Below are positions 51,392 to 64,000 of a stretch of 64,000 bases of DNA, one piece after another (positions within the stretch are counted from its first letter, which is position 1; each line of letters begins with the position of its first letter). The stretch comes from Eledone cirrhosa (taxonomy: Eukaryota). The translations under genes were made by a program, and so were the position numbers. The DNA is taken from the NCBI GenBank assembly GCA_964016885.1, contig OZ024749.1, positions 25,048,001 to 25,112,000 of the forward strand, written 5' to 3'. The notes under the pieces were generated by a model. It did not search any database and was not told where the DNA came from. It saw nothing but the letters and a program-made list of their open reading frames with translations.

Positions 51392-51589
51392 CGAAGGAAA
51401 TGTGGTAAGGAACCAGGTGGACCATAACGCACCAAAGTACTCAATACTTAGGGTAGTAGAGTGGGTAATAGGAACCAGTAAGAACCCGACGGCTGAGCTC
51501 AAGCCGTTTCGACGGCTAATTCTGGACTCAATTAGTCCAGAATTAGCTGTCGAAACGGCTTGAGCTCAGCCGTCAGGGTCTTACTGGTT

Positions 51590-51591
<2 letters not shown>
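51390..51591. repeat. Asymmetric inverted-repeat family C copy
   Basis: Long arm with a ~80-nt extra tail and a short inverted arm, in (TA)n. Confidence 0.85.
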
Positions 51592-51631
<40 letters not shown>

Positions 51632-52112
51632 TATATGAGTGTGTGTGCGCGCGTGCGTAATTATACATGTATGTGCATATATATACTTTTGAATATGTAT
51701 ATATATATATATGTATATATACACAGTGCAAGAGTAACCAATCTTAAAGAGAGAAATGGAGATAGGAGAGGAGAGATTGGTGAATTAGTTTGAAGCCAAA
51801 GTGTAAAGGCTTGTGCTCAATGTGCAATATGCAGTGGAAGGCAGCTAGGCGGCTGTGTTCATGCAGAGGTTAGGTGCACAGAGCTGGAAATATTCATTAG
51901 TTAAGCAAAACAAGACCACAAATTTCACAACGAAGACATTATTAAAAGATTGTCTACATATTTAGTTTGATGTAAGGAATGTAGAGTGGCCATAGTCTGC
52001 TCCACTCTGGCAGACAATTGATATACCCAGGACACCATAGTGAAATACCAACATATGGAACATTACATTTATGTAACATTCTTTCCTTATTTTAATTTAT
52101 ATTCCTTTTGAA

Positions 52113-52231
52113 GTTCCGATGAGCTGCTCTATTTCTAGCTATGTTAATTAGTTTCAACTGAACCAGATGAATAATGATATATGATCATTTGATCCAGAAA
52201 TATTATATGGAGTAGCGAAACAATTGTAAAC
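52113..52231 (+). ncRNA. Degenerate type-I hammerhead with a long stem II insert
   Basis: GTT-CCGATGA-GCTGCTCTAT...ATGGAGTAGC-GAAA-CAATTG-TA-AAC. Confidence 0.65.
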
Positions 52232-52239
52232 GGACATTT

Positions 52240-52424
52240 AGATTGGCAGTATCAGTAGAGGGTCGGACGCCATGCTTTCCAGCATAGTTACGTCCCTTTA
52301 CGGTCTGAGTTCAAATCCCGCCGAGGTTGACTTTGCCTTTCATCCTTACGGGGTCGATAAAATAAAGTACCAGTAATGCTCTGGGTAATTGCTGGCCTTG
52401 TGCCTAAAGTAGAAACAATTATTA
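52240..52424 (+). mobile_element. tRNA-derived SINE, family A
   Basis: Matches 22064-22254. Confidence 0.9.
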
Positions 52425-52550
52425 CTATTATTAATATTATTTTGATTATTCTCTACATTCCTTACATCAAACTAAATATGCTGACAATCTTTTAATAATG
52501 TCTTCCTTGTGAAATTTATGGTCTTGTTTTGCTTAGCTAATGAATATATG

Positions 52551-52596
<46 letters not shown>

Positions 52597-52668
52597 TGTG
52601 TGTGTGTGTGTGTATATGTATTTATATATATGTATATACATACACATATATATATATATATGTATATA

Positions 52669-52714
<46 letters not shown>

Positions 52715-52738
52715 TATATATATGTATATATATATATT

Positions 52739-52773
<35 letters not shown>

Positions 52774-53333
52774 GTATATATATACATATGTATATATATA
52801 TGTATATATATGTATATATATATATATATATATATCCACATATATATATACACATATGTATGTGTGCGTCTCTGTGTGTTCCTAATTTTGTAAGTGTGCT
52901 GGTACATCTCTCTCTCTTCATGTCTAGGAATGAAGTGTGCAATATGTAAAATACAATCAGTGTGGAAACTGACAAACTGGTAATGCAAAGCTGAGTAAAA
53001 ATATCTACAAATCATTCCATCCCAGACTTCCCGTCTCATGATATCCCCTTTTGTCCCTGTATTTCTAGAAATTATCGATTTCCCAATACTTTCCATGCCG
53101 AACAACAACATCAAGGAGCCCATAAGTCAAGGGATGTATGAAAGTACTTTGAATATTCACTCGAAGTCGCAGACTTTCTAATCATAATAGAAAACTCCAT
53201 TTTTTTTCTTTTCATCCCACCCCCCGGCCGTTTAATCGGATGCTTTTGATATTGTCCATATATTCATACATTCAAATATTTGATATATTAATTTATCTCT
53301 TTCCTATCGGAAAACATAAGTATTTGTAGTCAG

Positions 53334-53638
<305 letters not shown>

Positions 53639-53703
53639 CAAATATATATATATATATATATACAAAAAAAAAATATATATATATATACATATAAATATAT
53701 ATA

Positions 53704-53740
<37 letters not shown>

Positions 53741-53742
<2 letters not shown>

Positions 53743-53970
53743 TTTCTGAATTTGTTTAGCAAGATTCTTTATGTGAAAACGTGTGTTGAAACCGATATTG
53801 TTATACTTTGGTAGGGTCATGTTGCGAATAAGAAACACACGCACCAGTGCTTTCACTTCAATTTATTATAATAAATTCCTAAATTTATAAATTTATTAGA
53901 ATAAATTGAAGTGAAGATCTGATGCGTGTGTTTCTTATTGGCAACATGACCCTCCCAAAGTATAACAATA
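53741..53970. repeat. Palindrome made from the 3' terminus of the Penelope element at 58834-59887
   Basis: Both arms match 59760-59887. Confidence 0.85.
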
Positions 53971-54016
53971 CATATATATATATATATACACACTCATGTA
54001 TATATATATATATATA

Positions 54017-54427
54017 GAAAAGAGTATGACCCCGACGGCAGAGCTCGAGCCGTTGTGACGGGGATTTCTGGACTACGTATCCAGAATTAGCCGTCGAAAC
54101 GGTTTGAGCTGAGCCGTCGGGGTCCTACTCGTTCCTATTACCCACTCTACTACCCTAAGTATTGAGTACTTTGGTGCGTTATGGTCCACCTGGTTCCTTA
54201 CCACATTTCCTTCGTTATATATATATATAACAAAGGAATTGTGGTAAGGAACCAAATGGACCATAACGCACCAGAGTACTCAATACTTAGGGTAGTAGAT
54301 TGGGAAATAGGGAAAAGTATGACCCGGACGGCAGAGCTCAAGCCATTTCGACGGCTATTTCTGGACTACGTAGTCCAGAAATAGCCGTCGAAACGGCTCG
54401 AGCTCTGCCGTCGGGGTCATACTTTTT

Positions 54428-54430
<3 letters not shown>
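54017..54430. repeat. Two adjacent family C asymmetric palindromes (54017-54216, 54229-54430)
   Basis: Same sequence as 51390-51591, in opposite orientations, separated by (TA)n. Confidence 0.85.
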
Positions 54431-54478
<48 letters not shown>

Positions 54479-54494
54479 GTGTGCGTATATATAA

Positions 54495-54550
<56 letters not shown>

Positions 54551-54554
54551 ATAC

Positions 54555-54600
<46 letters not shown>

Positions 54601-54866
54601 ATATAGATATATATATTTATATATAAATATATATATATATATATGGATATATAAATATATATGTATATATATATACAAATATGTGTGTATGTGTAGGTCC
54701 GTATGTGTGTACTTGATTGTGTGAGTGTGTGTGTTTGTGTTGTACTTCTGTGACGTTTAAATTGTTTCATGCAAAACATGTAGCCTTGCAGCGCTACCTA
54801 ACTAAACCGTTTACATTATATGTCAGTTCATTTGAATGCAACGCATAAGTTAATAGATTATTGAGT

Positions 54867-54954
<88 letters not shown>

Positions 54955-55206
54955 TATACATATATACATGTATATAAATACATGTATACCTATGTACATA
55001 TGTAGCTTGTATATGTAGATACACACATACACACACACACAAATATATATATATATATATGCAAAAGTTCTATTTAAAATTGTTGGGATACAACAAGTAA
55101 ATATTGTATAACTGATATAAAGCACTCGACCGACAGCTTCCAAAAATAATGGTCGCATCTAATAGGGTACGTCAAAATTATCTATAAAACTGTTTATATA
55201 TTGTAT

Positions 55207-55262
55207 TTTGTCTGATGAAGGCATACCATATTTTAATTTGGTATCCCTGAAATATGTATAAT
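55207..55262 (+). ncRNA. Hammerhead-like motif
   Basis: CTGATGA-AGGCATACCA...TGGTATCCCT-GAAA-TATG-TA. The stem I register is imperfect. Confidence 0.55.
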
Positions 55263-55689
55263 GAAAGAAATATGGTTTTATAAATATAGTTTCCATTTAT
55301 TTAATATCGTATATATATATATATATATATATATACACAAAGAGAGAGAAAGATAATGACAGAAATAGAGTAAGAACGATTGCGATGAACGTACATAAAA
55401 TATATATATTGATATTCATTTATATATGTATAGATTCATATACATACCCACACACCTGCACAGACACGCGCACAAACACACATATCTATATATATATATA
55501 TGTTTTACGTACACCTCTATGGCTTATTTTTTGGTCTACTTGCAGAAGTAACAACGTATTCTTGAACATATCGTCACATGTAACATATCATTTGGCATTT
55601 GCATTATATAATTGTGTGTTGTTATTGCTGCTCTGCCGCTGCTGCTGTTGTTGTTGTTGTTCTTCTTCTTCTTCTTGTTCTTCTTTTTC

Positions 55690-56510
55690 TTCTTCATTCT
55701 CTTCCTCTTCTTCATACTCGCCCACTTATTCCTGACGGTAGTGATGCAGAGTCCTGTGAGAATAACCGTCTTCACTCGTCTAGCAGGATTCCCAAACCTG
55801 TCCAGCGAATATCGCGCTGGTTGATTTAGCCCGTAAAATATATCCAGCAATTCATTCCAGAGACATTCTAACCACATGCACATATTATCGGAGCTGAGAT
55901 CTCTCGATTGGGAGAAGAAGCAGCCCTAACAAGCGTGACTCCTGATCTACGTGTTCGGCATTCTGTTGATTAACGTTACTCCATAGACCCTTCGGAGGAA
56001 CCCCATTTCGGCCGCTGATGTTTGCGATTGTATTATGTCGGTTATTAACCATAATTCACGATCATAGGCACACATATCGAGTAAAAGGGAGTTTTGCTTT
56101 TTCACTTACCTCCTTTCTTCTGATTACCCAATGGTGAAAATTACTGCACATAACTGCACCAGATCGAGTAATTCTTGCACTTAATTCAGCCTCCTGCCTA
56201 CCATCAATCCTGAAAACGGCCCCAAGATACTTGAAATCTCCAACCTGTTTCAGAAGAACTCCATTCACAAATAATTTGCACTTAGTAGGCTTGCTTCAGA
56301 GGACGAATGCATCAGTTTTCGCAGCACTGATTTTCTTTGCAATCATGCAGCACTCGGCATCAAATCTATCAAGTACAAGTCGGAGATCACCTACTGTCCA
56401 GTTAAGTAACACCATGCCGTCTGCATATTCTAGCCGACTGATTTTACACACGCCAATGGTGATATCACTTCCAGCCCGGCTGCGCATGTCAATCCTTTTC
56501 GTGAAAATAA
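55690..56510 (-). pseudogene. RTE-clade LINE 3' fragment
   Basis: rc: LEYADG.VLL, KISAAKT, QVGDFKYLG, AAEMGFLRRVYGVT, ending in a (GAA)n tail. Confidence 0.82.
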
Positions 56511-56550
56511 TTATTTCTACTTTAGACTCAATGCCTATAAATAGCTCAGT

Positions 56551-57108
56551 ACATTACTGATACTTTATTATATCTCCCCCGTAAGGATGAACAGCACAGT
56601 TAACCTCGGCGGGATTTGAACTCGTACCGTAAAGAGGCGTAATACTATGCTAAAGCATTATGTCCGACCCTCTACCGATAATGCCAATGCACCGCCCTAA
56701 ATAAGTGTTTCTACGTTTGGCACAAAGCCAGCAATAATCTCAGTGTGTGACTGGTACTTTATTTTATCGCTCCAGTAAGGATGATTATCACAAAACCTCG
56801 GCGGGATTTGAACTCAGGCCATAAAGAGCCATAACTCTTGTGCTGCAAAGCATGGCGTCTGACCCTCTACCGATACTGCCAATACACCGTCCTCTACCGA
56901 TAATGCCAATACACTGCCCTAAATAAGTGTTTCAACTTTTGGCACAAGGCCAGCAATTATTCCAGTGCATTACTGGTACTTTATTTTATCGACCCCATAA
57001 GGATGAAAGGCAAAGTTAACCTCGACGGGATTTGAACTCACACCGTAAAGGGCCGTAACTCTTTACTGCAAAGCATGGCGTCCGACCCTCTATAGATACT
57101 GCCAATCC
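56551..57108 (-). mobile_element. Three head-to-tail SINE family A copies
   Basis: rc of family A three times, joined by CCCTAAATAAGTGTTTC. Confidence 0.85.
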
Positions 57109-57483
57109 AGTAGTAGTGATACTAGCATTCATGGCGGAATCCTACTCCCACGTTTCATATTTCGATAACAATATATTTAGATAACAAGTCAACAGAAAAT
57201 AGTCAAAAGATAAAAAAAAACAAAAAACCGTAAAGAAAATAGATTGACAATTTAAATACACAGCATTATATTTAATAATTGTGTTTTTTTTTAAATTGAA
57301 ATTCTGCTTTCATGTTGCTTTTTTATCTCTTGATTATTTCTGCGGTCTTTTTTTCCATTTTTAATCTTTTAGACCTGTCTATAATTATCAATCAAATATT
57401 ATTGTAATTATCTTCTCATTACTCATCATTTAACTGTTCATCATCCGCTATATGGAGCGCTATATATATATATAAATACATAT

Positions 57484-57541
<58 letters not shown>

Positions 57542-57563
57542 ATGTATATATGTATATATGTAA

Positions 57564-57594
<31 letters not shown>

Positions 57595-57806
57595 AATATA
57601 TATACGTATATATATATACGTATATATATATACGTATACATACATATATATATATATTAATATATATATATAAATATATATACGTATAGATATATATATA
57701 TACGTATAAATACATATATATATATTTATATATATATATAAATATATATACGTATAGATATATATATATACGTATATATAATATATGTATATATATAAAT
57801 AAATAA

Positions 57807-57882
<76 letters not shown>

Positions 57883-57944
57883 ACGCATATATATATATAT
57901 ATATATATAATATATATATATGTATACGCATATATCTATACGTG

Positions 57945-57982
<38 letters not shown>

Positions 57983-57996
57983 ATATATACGTATAC

Positions 57997-58740
57997 ACTG
58001 GGGGGAACTAAACGGACGAAAAAACGGTTCAGTACAATACGAACATGCCAGACAACAAGACGACGGTAACATAGACAACAGAGAAATTAGAATAATATGT
58101 AAACATAGAAATGACCCACCAGATAGATAAATCAGAGAGGCCAGTGAAATAGAACTTAGAAGGCCAAGGCTAAACAGAAAAAATGAATGGAATAACAACA
58201 CAAAAACAAACAACACTGACCTAAGAGAAGTATAAATAAATAAATAAATATATAAATAAATAAATACATACACAAGCACAATAACAACACACACATAAAA
58301 CACACACACTAGTAAAGATAGAATACATTAACCAATACACAGTCACAAAAAAACACGAACACACATTAAACAAAATACTATACACACACGCAAACGCATG
58401 TGCAAAGAAGATAAAAAAATAAACAAATAAATAAATATATAAACAGACTAAATAAAGATGGCCGAGACATACAATGCAACGGGAGAAAACAATAGCACCA
58501 CTGAAGATGTTGTAGTGTGCAACGAAAGAACTTTGATAGACTATATATATGTGTTTGCGTCTATATTGTATCTGTATTTTTGACCGTTGGTCAGTCAATG
58601 GCAACATTGAGGACCGAATAAATTAGATTAACCGATATAAAAGACACAGAAGCGAAAAGCATAAACCAACCAAACAGTGAGTGTATTCTGTTATTAATTC
58701 TGGCAATATTACACTAATATCACCCTCCCCAAGTATAACA

Positions 58741-58742
<2 letters not shown>
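57997..58742 (+). mobile_element. Penelope-like 3' fragment (endonuclease C-terminus plus pLTR with hammerhead)
   Basis: YEHAR..IRII..R*IREA..I...PRLNRKNEW, homologous to 59168-59419. Hammerhead CTGAAGA-T-GTTG..CAAC-GAAA at 58497-58537. Ends CCCAAGTATAACAATA. Confidence 0.75.
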
Positions 58743-58772
<30 letters not shown>

Positions 58773-58833
58773 ACATGTGTACATATATAATATATACATA
58801 TATATATATATATATTTACTTATATATATATAT

Positions 58834-59887
58834 ATTGTTATACTTTGGGAGGGTCATGTTGCCAATAACAAACACACGCACCAGTTGTTTCACTTCAATT
58901 TATTATATATTTATAAATTTATAAATTTACAAATCTACAAACTTATAAAGAAGGGCTCTAAATAAACATAAACTCAATATTAAGATAGTAGAAAGACCAG
59001 GTACCTCCGTAAAAAACACTTATTACAAGACATACCCGTTCCAAAGACCCTCATGTATAGATAAGAAATGTATAACCTGTAAATTAAGCCCCCATATTAA
59101 CTGTAAAACTAGAAATGTAGTCTATAGCATAAGATGTACTGAAGGACAATGTAGAAACAAAAATATAGTGTACATAGGTGAGACAGCTCGTAGTATAGGG
59201 GAACGAATAAATGAACACTGGCGAGACCTTCATGTGCTCTACCAACATGCTAAGATAGAACACAGGGGTAGATTAGAGAACATAGAAATAAAAATAGAAT
59301 CCTCACACAGAAAAGATGCAATGTTTAGGCAAATTACAGAGGCAGTAAGCATAAAAGAATTACAACCAAAATTAAATAGAAAATATGAGTGGAACAGCAA
59401 CATCACAACTTACAATTAAGGACAAAATGAAAACACACACACACATAGAACAAACAACCAACCAACAATAAATAAATAAATAAACAAATAGATAAATGAA
59501 CACAAACACACACAGACACCCGGATGTGGCGCATGCGCAAACTGAGCACACATCACACACACAGAAACAAAATGGCGTAGGATAGAATAAAGGAAAGGCA
59601 CAGAAACAAAGAAAGGAATCCCCAGTCACTGAAGAGGTCACAGAGTGTGTGACGAAAGGACTATGACTATATATAAACAACTATCTGGTTGTGGAACCAA
59701 CCAACCAACCAGAAATTTATAAGTTTGTAGATTGGTAAATTTATAAATTTATAAATATATAATAAATTGAAGTGAAAGCAATGGTGCGTGTGTTTCTTAT
59801 TGGCAACATGACCCTCCCAAAGTATAACAATATCGGTTTCAACACACGATTTCAGATAAAGAATCTTGCTAAACAAATTCAGAAACG
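58834..59887 (+). mobile_element. Penelope-like element with inverted 5' pLTR, GIY-YIG fragment and 3' pLTR
   Basis: CKTRNVVYSIRC..C..VYIGETARSIGERINEH..RQITEAVSI..LNRKYEW. 58834-58950 is the rc of 59713-59830. Confidence 0.88.
59624..59668 (+). ncRNA. Minimal type-I hammerhead ribozyme
   Basis: AGTCA-CTGAAGA-G-GTCACA(GAGTG)TGTGAC-GAAA-GGAC-TA-TGACT. Confidence 0.78.
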
Positions 59888-60126
59888 AAATATATATATA
59901 TATATACATATATTATATATATAAATAAAGTGAAGCCTTAGTGTCTAGAGAATTGGATTCGCAATCGAGAGGTTGTGAGGTCGATCCCCGGACCTGGAGT
60001 TGCGACCGATAGAGAGTATTAGCAATTAGAAGGGACACATGGAAACATTGTTTCCTCGGTCCGATTTGAAAGTCGATCGATTGTCGATATACATGTCCGT
60101 GTGTGTGTGTGTGTGTGTGTGTGTGA

Positions 60127-60209
<83 letters not shown>

Positions 60210-60410
60210 TGTGTCTGTGAGTGCGTGTGTGTGTGAGTGTGTTGATATAATCTGTTTTGGAATAATTACATTTATTCGTAACTTCTGACTGGGAATGTTC
60301 ACTTACAATTAATCCAATGCGTGTGCTCCAGATGTATTTGTTGAGTAAAGTATAAACAGTGATCGAAATCCCTGGATCTACACCATAATAATTATTATTA
60401 TTTTTATTAT

Positions 60411-60596
60411 AGGGCGGTGGATTGGCAGTATCGGTAGAGGGTCGGACGCCTTGCTTTCCAGCATAGTTACGTCCCTTTACGATCTGAGTTCAAATCCCGC
60501 CGCGGTTGACTTTGCCTTTCATCCTTACGGGGTCGATAAAATAAAGTACCAGTAATGCACTGGATATTTGATGGCCTTGTCCCTAAAGTAGAAACA

Positions 60597-60630
<34 letters not shown>
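60411..60630 (+). mobile_element. tRNA-derived SINE, family A, with (TTA)n tail
   Basis: Matches 22064-22254. Confidence 0.9.
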
Positions 60631-60631
<1 letters not shown>

Positions 60632-60859
60632 GTATATTACATATATATACATATGTGCGTGTGTGCGTGTGTGGTGTATGTGTGTTTGTGTGTGCGTGTG
60701 TTTGTATGAATAATATGATGGTTCCCAAGCGTTGTTGGGAGGTAACCACATTAAAAAAAATGTATTCAATACGTAGGTGGAATATAGGAATCCTTATTTT
60801 ATATAGGAATGACTTCTCGAGGACTAGAACTGTTTAAATCGCTTCTTTATATATATAAG

Positions 60860-61560
60860 ACATATGAAGAAGAGAGGAGGCTGTGTAGTTCTTGGATAAA
60901 ATATACTTAAAATTAAGGAGAAAGCATGAACGATTGAAAGTTTCCCTTCATCAGTTGTTTGCTGGTGGTCTTGGATACCTCTACGCTTTAAAGTCAAGAT
61001 ATCTCGCCCCAGTGCGTTCAATAACTAAGGTAGGTTATTTGGGAAAAAAAGAGGGAGAGAAAGAAAATATAGGATTACAGAAGGGGAAAGGGAAGAAAAG
61101 AGAAAAGAGAAAAACAGCGAAAAAAAAACGGGAAAAAACAAATCAAAGAGTGTGTGAGCAACTCAAAGTGAGAAAATTATAGCCAACGACAATTACTGAA
61201 CATAAGTTCGAGATTGTGCGGACGAGAAAAAAGACACGGCTGATATCTGCAAGTGTAAGGGAGAGAAGAGAGAGAAACAATGTGGTGGCTAGCAGAGAGA
61301 GGGTTATTGAAATTGAGACGGAGGAAGGGAGGGAAAGAAAGAGCGGGTAGAGTACATAACAAAAAAATAGGTAGGTATAAGGAGAGAGAAGACGGTTCGC
61401 AACGAAACATGATAAAATATATGAAGAAAAGAAGAGTATGTGTAGTTGATGGATAAAGTGTATTTAAAATTAAGAAGAAAGCATGAAAGGGAGAAGGTTT
61501 TCCTTCATCTGCTGGGGGTCTTTATATTTCTACACATTAAAGACAAGATATCTCGCCCCA
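60860..61560. repeat. Diverged ~150-bp direct repeats (60860-61010, 61418-61560)
   Basis: Both end AAGATATCTCGCCCCA. Confidence 0.7.
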
Positions 61561-61770
61561 ATATATATATATATTTATGTATTTATATATATATATATTT
61601 ATGTATTTATGTATATATATATTTATGTATTTATGTATATATATATTTATGTATTTATGTATATATATATTTATGTATTTATGTATATATATATTTATGT
61701 ATTTATGTATATATATATTTATGTATTTATGTATATATATATTTATGTATTTATATATATATATATTTAT
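61561..61770. repeat. 24-bp AT-rich minisatellite
   Basis: (ATTTATGTATTTATGTATATATAT)n. Confidence 0.9.
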
Positions 61771-61975
61771 GTAAGCTATCGCCGTATTTTGACTAAAGAA
61801 ATTATTTAGCCAGATAAGTGGCGTTAAGAACCCTTGGAGAAATGGAAAAAGATGAGTATTGACGTGCATGTACGTCAATACTCATCTTTTTCCATTTCTA
61901 CGAGGGTTCTTAATCCCACTATCAGGCTAAATAATTTCTTTAATTTCTTTAGTCAAAATACGGCGATAGCTTACA
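61770..61975. repeat. ~200-bp palindrome
   Basis: TGTAAGCTATCGCCGTATTTTGACTAAAG ... CTTTAGTCAAAATACGGCGATAGCTTACA, centred at ~61868. Confidence 0.88.
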
Positions 61976-62363
61976 TTTATAATAATTTCAAACCAGCCTG
62001 CTGTTTCGAAAATATTCTTACTTCATATATATATATATATATATGGAAAATGATTAACCCCGACGGCAGAGCTCAAGCCGTTTCAACGACTATTACCCAC
62101 TCTACTACCCTAAGTATTGAGTACACTGGTTCGATATGGTCCATCTACTCCTTCATTAAGTTTATTGGTTGGTAACGCGCGTTTCGCTACAGATCAGCTC
62201 GATTCTGTAATCAATGTCTCGTCGGAACTCTGTGGTAGTAAAGAAAGAGTGAGCATTCGTACTTGTTTTATTATACACACTAACTCTATACCTCGATGCC
62301 GACGTGAACCTAATCATCGAGTGCTCACCCGGGTGAAGCTCCAGTAACTCCGCGTTACAATCC

Positions 62364-62393
<30 letters not shown>

Positions 62394-62394
<1 letters not shown>

Positions 62395-62578
62395 ACGAAG
62401 GAAATGTGGTAAGGAACCAGGTGGACCATAACGCACCAAAGTACTCAACACTTAGGGTAGTAGAGTGGGTAATAGGAACCAGTAAGACCCCGACGGCTGA
62501 GCTCAAGCCGTTTCGACGGCTAATTCTGGACTGAATTAGCCGTCGAAACGGTTTGAACTCAGCCGTCGGGGTCTTACT

Positions 62579-62580
<2 letters not shown>
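62394..62580. repeat. Asymmetric inverted-repeat family C copy
   Basis: Same as 51390-51591. Confidence 0.85.
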
Positions 62581-62612
<32 letters not shown>

Positions 62613-62795
62613 TAATTTAATATATCTACTAACATAAGCGCACAGATGTACGCTAATGGCAGCAAATACACAGGTTATGTCATAGTACCTAGGTGGTTCA
62701 ATGCAGGAGGATGCAGAACAATAATATAAAAGACGTAAAATAAGAACTTTTTTTAAAAAAATGTTAAAGAATTAACTCACTTACTTAAATTTTCA

Positions 62796-62875
62796 CTCCA
62801 ACTAATTAGTTTCTGCAATGGGATAAAGACAGTTACGTAATGAACCGTTGAGAATTTCATTGCGTCATCAGGGAG
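62796..62875 (-). ncRNA. Type-I hammerhead ribozyme
   Basis: rc of the 42778 motif. Confidence 0.8.
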
Positions 62876-63421
62876 GTCTATTCTCAGCCAAGTCTCCAGG
62901 CAATGCGCGGAAACTGGGGACTCATATAAAAATAATAATAATTCGGTAAATGGAACAGCTATCGAGGACTGGATTCCAGGCACTGAAAATGTTCACTGCC
63001 ACTGGTCAAATGGCCGATTCTAAAGAATCAATCACGTGACACAGAGGCTAGTCAGTAGGAATGGGATGGTAAGATGGTTTGCTGGCATTAGCGTACATCT
63101 GTGCGCTTATGTTAGTAGATATATTAAATTATCTATATTTATCTCCATATCACTGATTTGTCGAGCAAACCTGCCAAAACCACTACTAAATTGTTTTGGG
63201 GGGTGTTAGTAGGCGTCTGTCATCTTACCACCCCATTCCTACTGACTAGCCTCTGTGTCACGTGATTGATTCTTTAGAATCGGCCATTTGACCAGTGGCA
63301 GTGAGAATTGTCAGTGCCTGGAATCCAGTCCTCGATAGCTGTTCCATTTACCGAATTATTATTATTTTTATATGAGACCCCAGTGTCCGCGCATTGCACG
63401 GAGACCTGGCTGAGAATAGAC

Positions 63422-63501
63422 CTCCCTGATGACGCAATGAAATTCTCAACAGTTCATTACGTAACTGTCTTTATCTCATTGCAGAAACTAATTAGTTGGA
63501 G
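63422..63501 (+). ncRNA. Type-I hammerhead ribozyme
   Basis: CTCC-CTGATGA-C-GCAATG...CATTGC-A-GAAA-CTAATTAG-TT-GGAG. Confidence 0.82.
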
Positions 63502-64000
63502 TGAAAATTTAAGTAAGTTAATTCTTTAAAATTTTTTTTAAAAATTTTCTTATTTTACGTCTTTTATATTATTGTTCTGCATCCTCCTGCATTGAACCAC
63601 CTAGGTACTATGATATAACCTGTGTATTTGCTGGAATTAGCGTACATCTGTGCGCTTATGTTAGTAGATATATTAAATGATCTATATTTATCTCCAAATC
63701 ACTGATTTGTCGAGCAAACCTGCCAAAACCACTACTAAATTTTTTTGGGGGGTGTTAGTAGGCGTCTGTCATCTTACCATCCCATTCCTACTAACTAGCC
63801 TCTGTGTCACGTGATTGATTCTTTAGAATCGGCCATTTGACCAGTGGCAGTGAGAATTTTCAGTGCCTGGAATCCAGTCCTCGATAGCTGTTCCATTTAC
63901 CGAATTATTATTATTTTTATATGAGTCCCCAGTGTCCGCGCATTGCCTGGAGACTTGGCTGAGAATAGACCTCCCTGATGACGCAATGAAATTCTCAACA

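Larger units (their letters stand above)
62610..64000. mobile_element. Second locus of the ~545-bp hammerhead repeat (minus partial unit, then plus tandem units running off the window)
   Basis: Hammerheads at 62796-62875 (-), 63422-63501 (+) and from 63971 (+, truncated). Inversion at ~63077. Period 549. Confidence 0.87.

Noticed and set aside
60930-60960. CTGATGA on the minus strand as a hammerhead
   Set aside because: No GAAA..UH after a stem II, and the core is not conserved in the second repeat copy.
62165-62215. Hammerhead 3' half (GAAA-CGCGCG-TT) on the minus strand
   Set aside because: The CTGANGA half is absent.

Overview
AT-rich, microsatellite-saturated eukaryotic DNA. The repeat landscape and SINE type suggest a mollusc, probably an octopus (inference). 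No host gene can be called, and most of the supplied short ORFs are microsatellite or antisense artefacts. Bases 1-13.3 kb hold a head-to-tail array of L1/Tx1-clade non-LTR retrotransposons on the minus strand: two full-length elements (one with an uninterrupted 1143-aa APE-RT-CCHC ORF2) and three 5'-truncated copies. Each copy is bounded by (GATA)n, and a sixth copy sits in a GATA tract at 29.6 kb, which points to a GATA-microsatellite-targeted family. The rest of the window is a patchwork of elements, mostly in (TA)n tracts: Penelope-like (GIY-YIG) fragments of three types, tRNA-derived SINEs, internally deleted RTE elements, a Helitron remnant, a mariner-type MITE, an inverted Ingi/I-group LINE and many asymmetric palindromes. 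The main non-obvious signal is about 17 type-I hammerhead ribozyme motifs, ranging from intact to degenerate. They include a ~545-bp non-coding tandem/inverted repeat with one hammerhead per unit (41.2-42.9 kb, 62.6-64 kb, and a diverged relative at 40.1-40.9 kb), which looks like a retrozyme or non-autonomous Penelope system. All calls were made by eye; no alignments or folding were computed.
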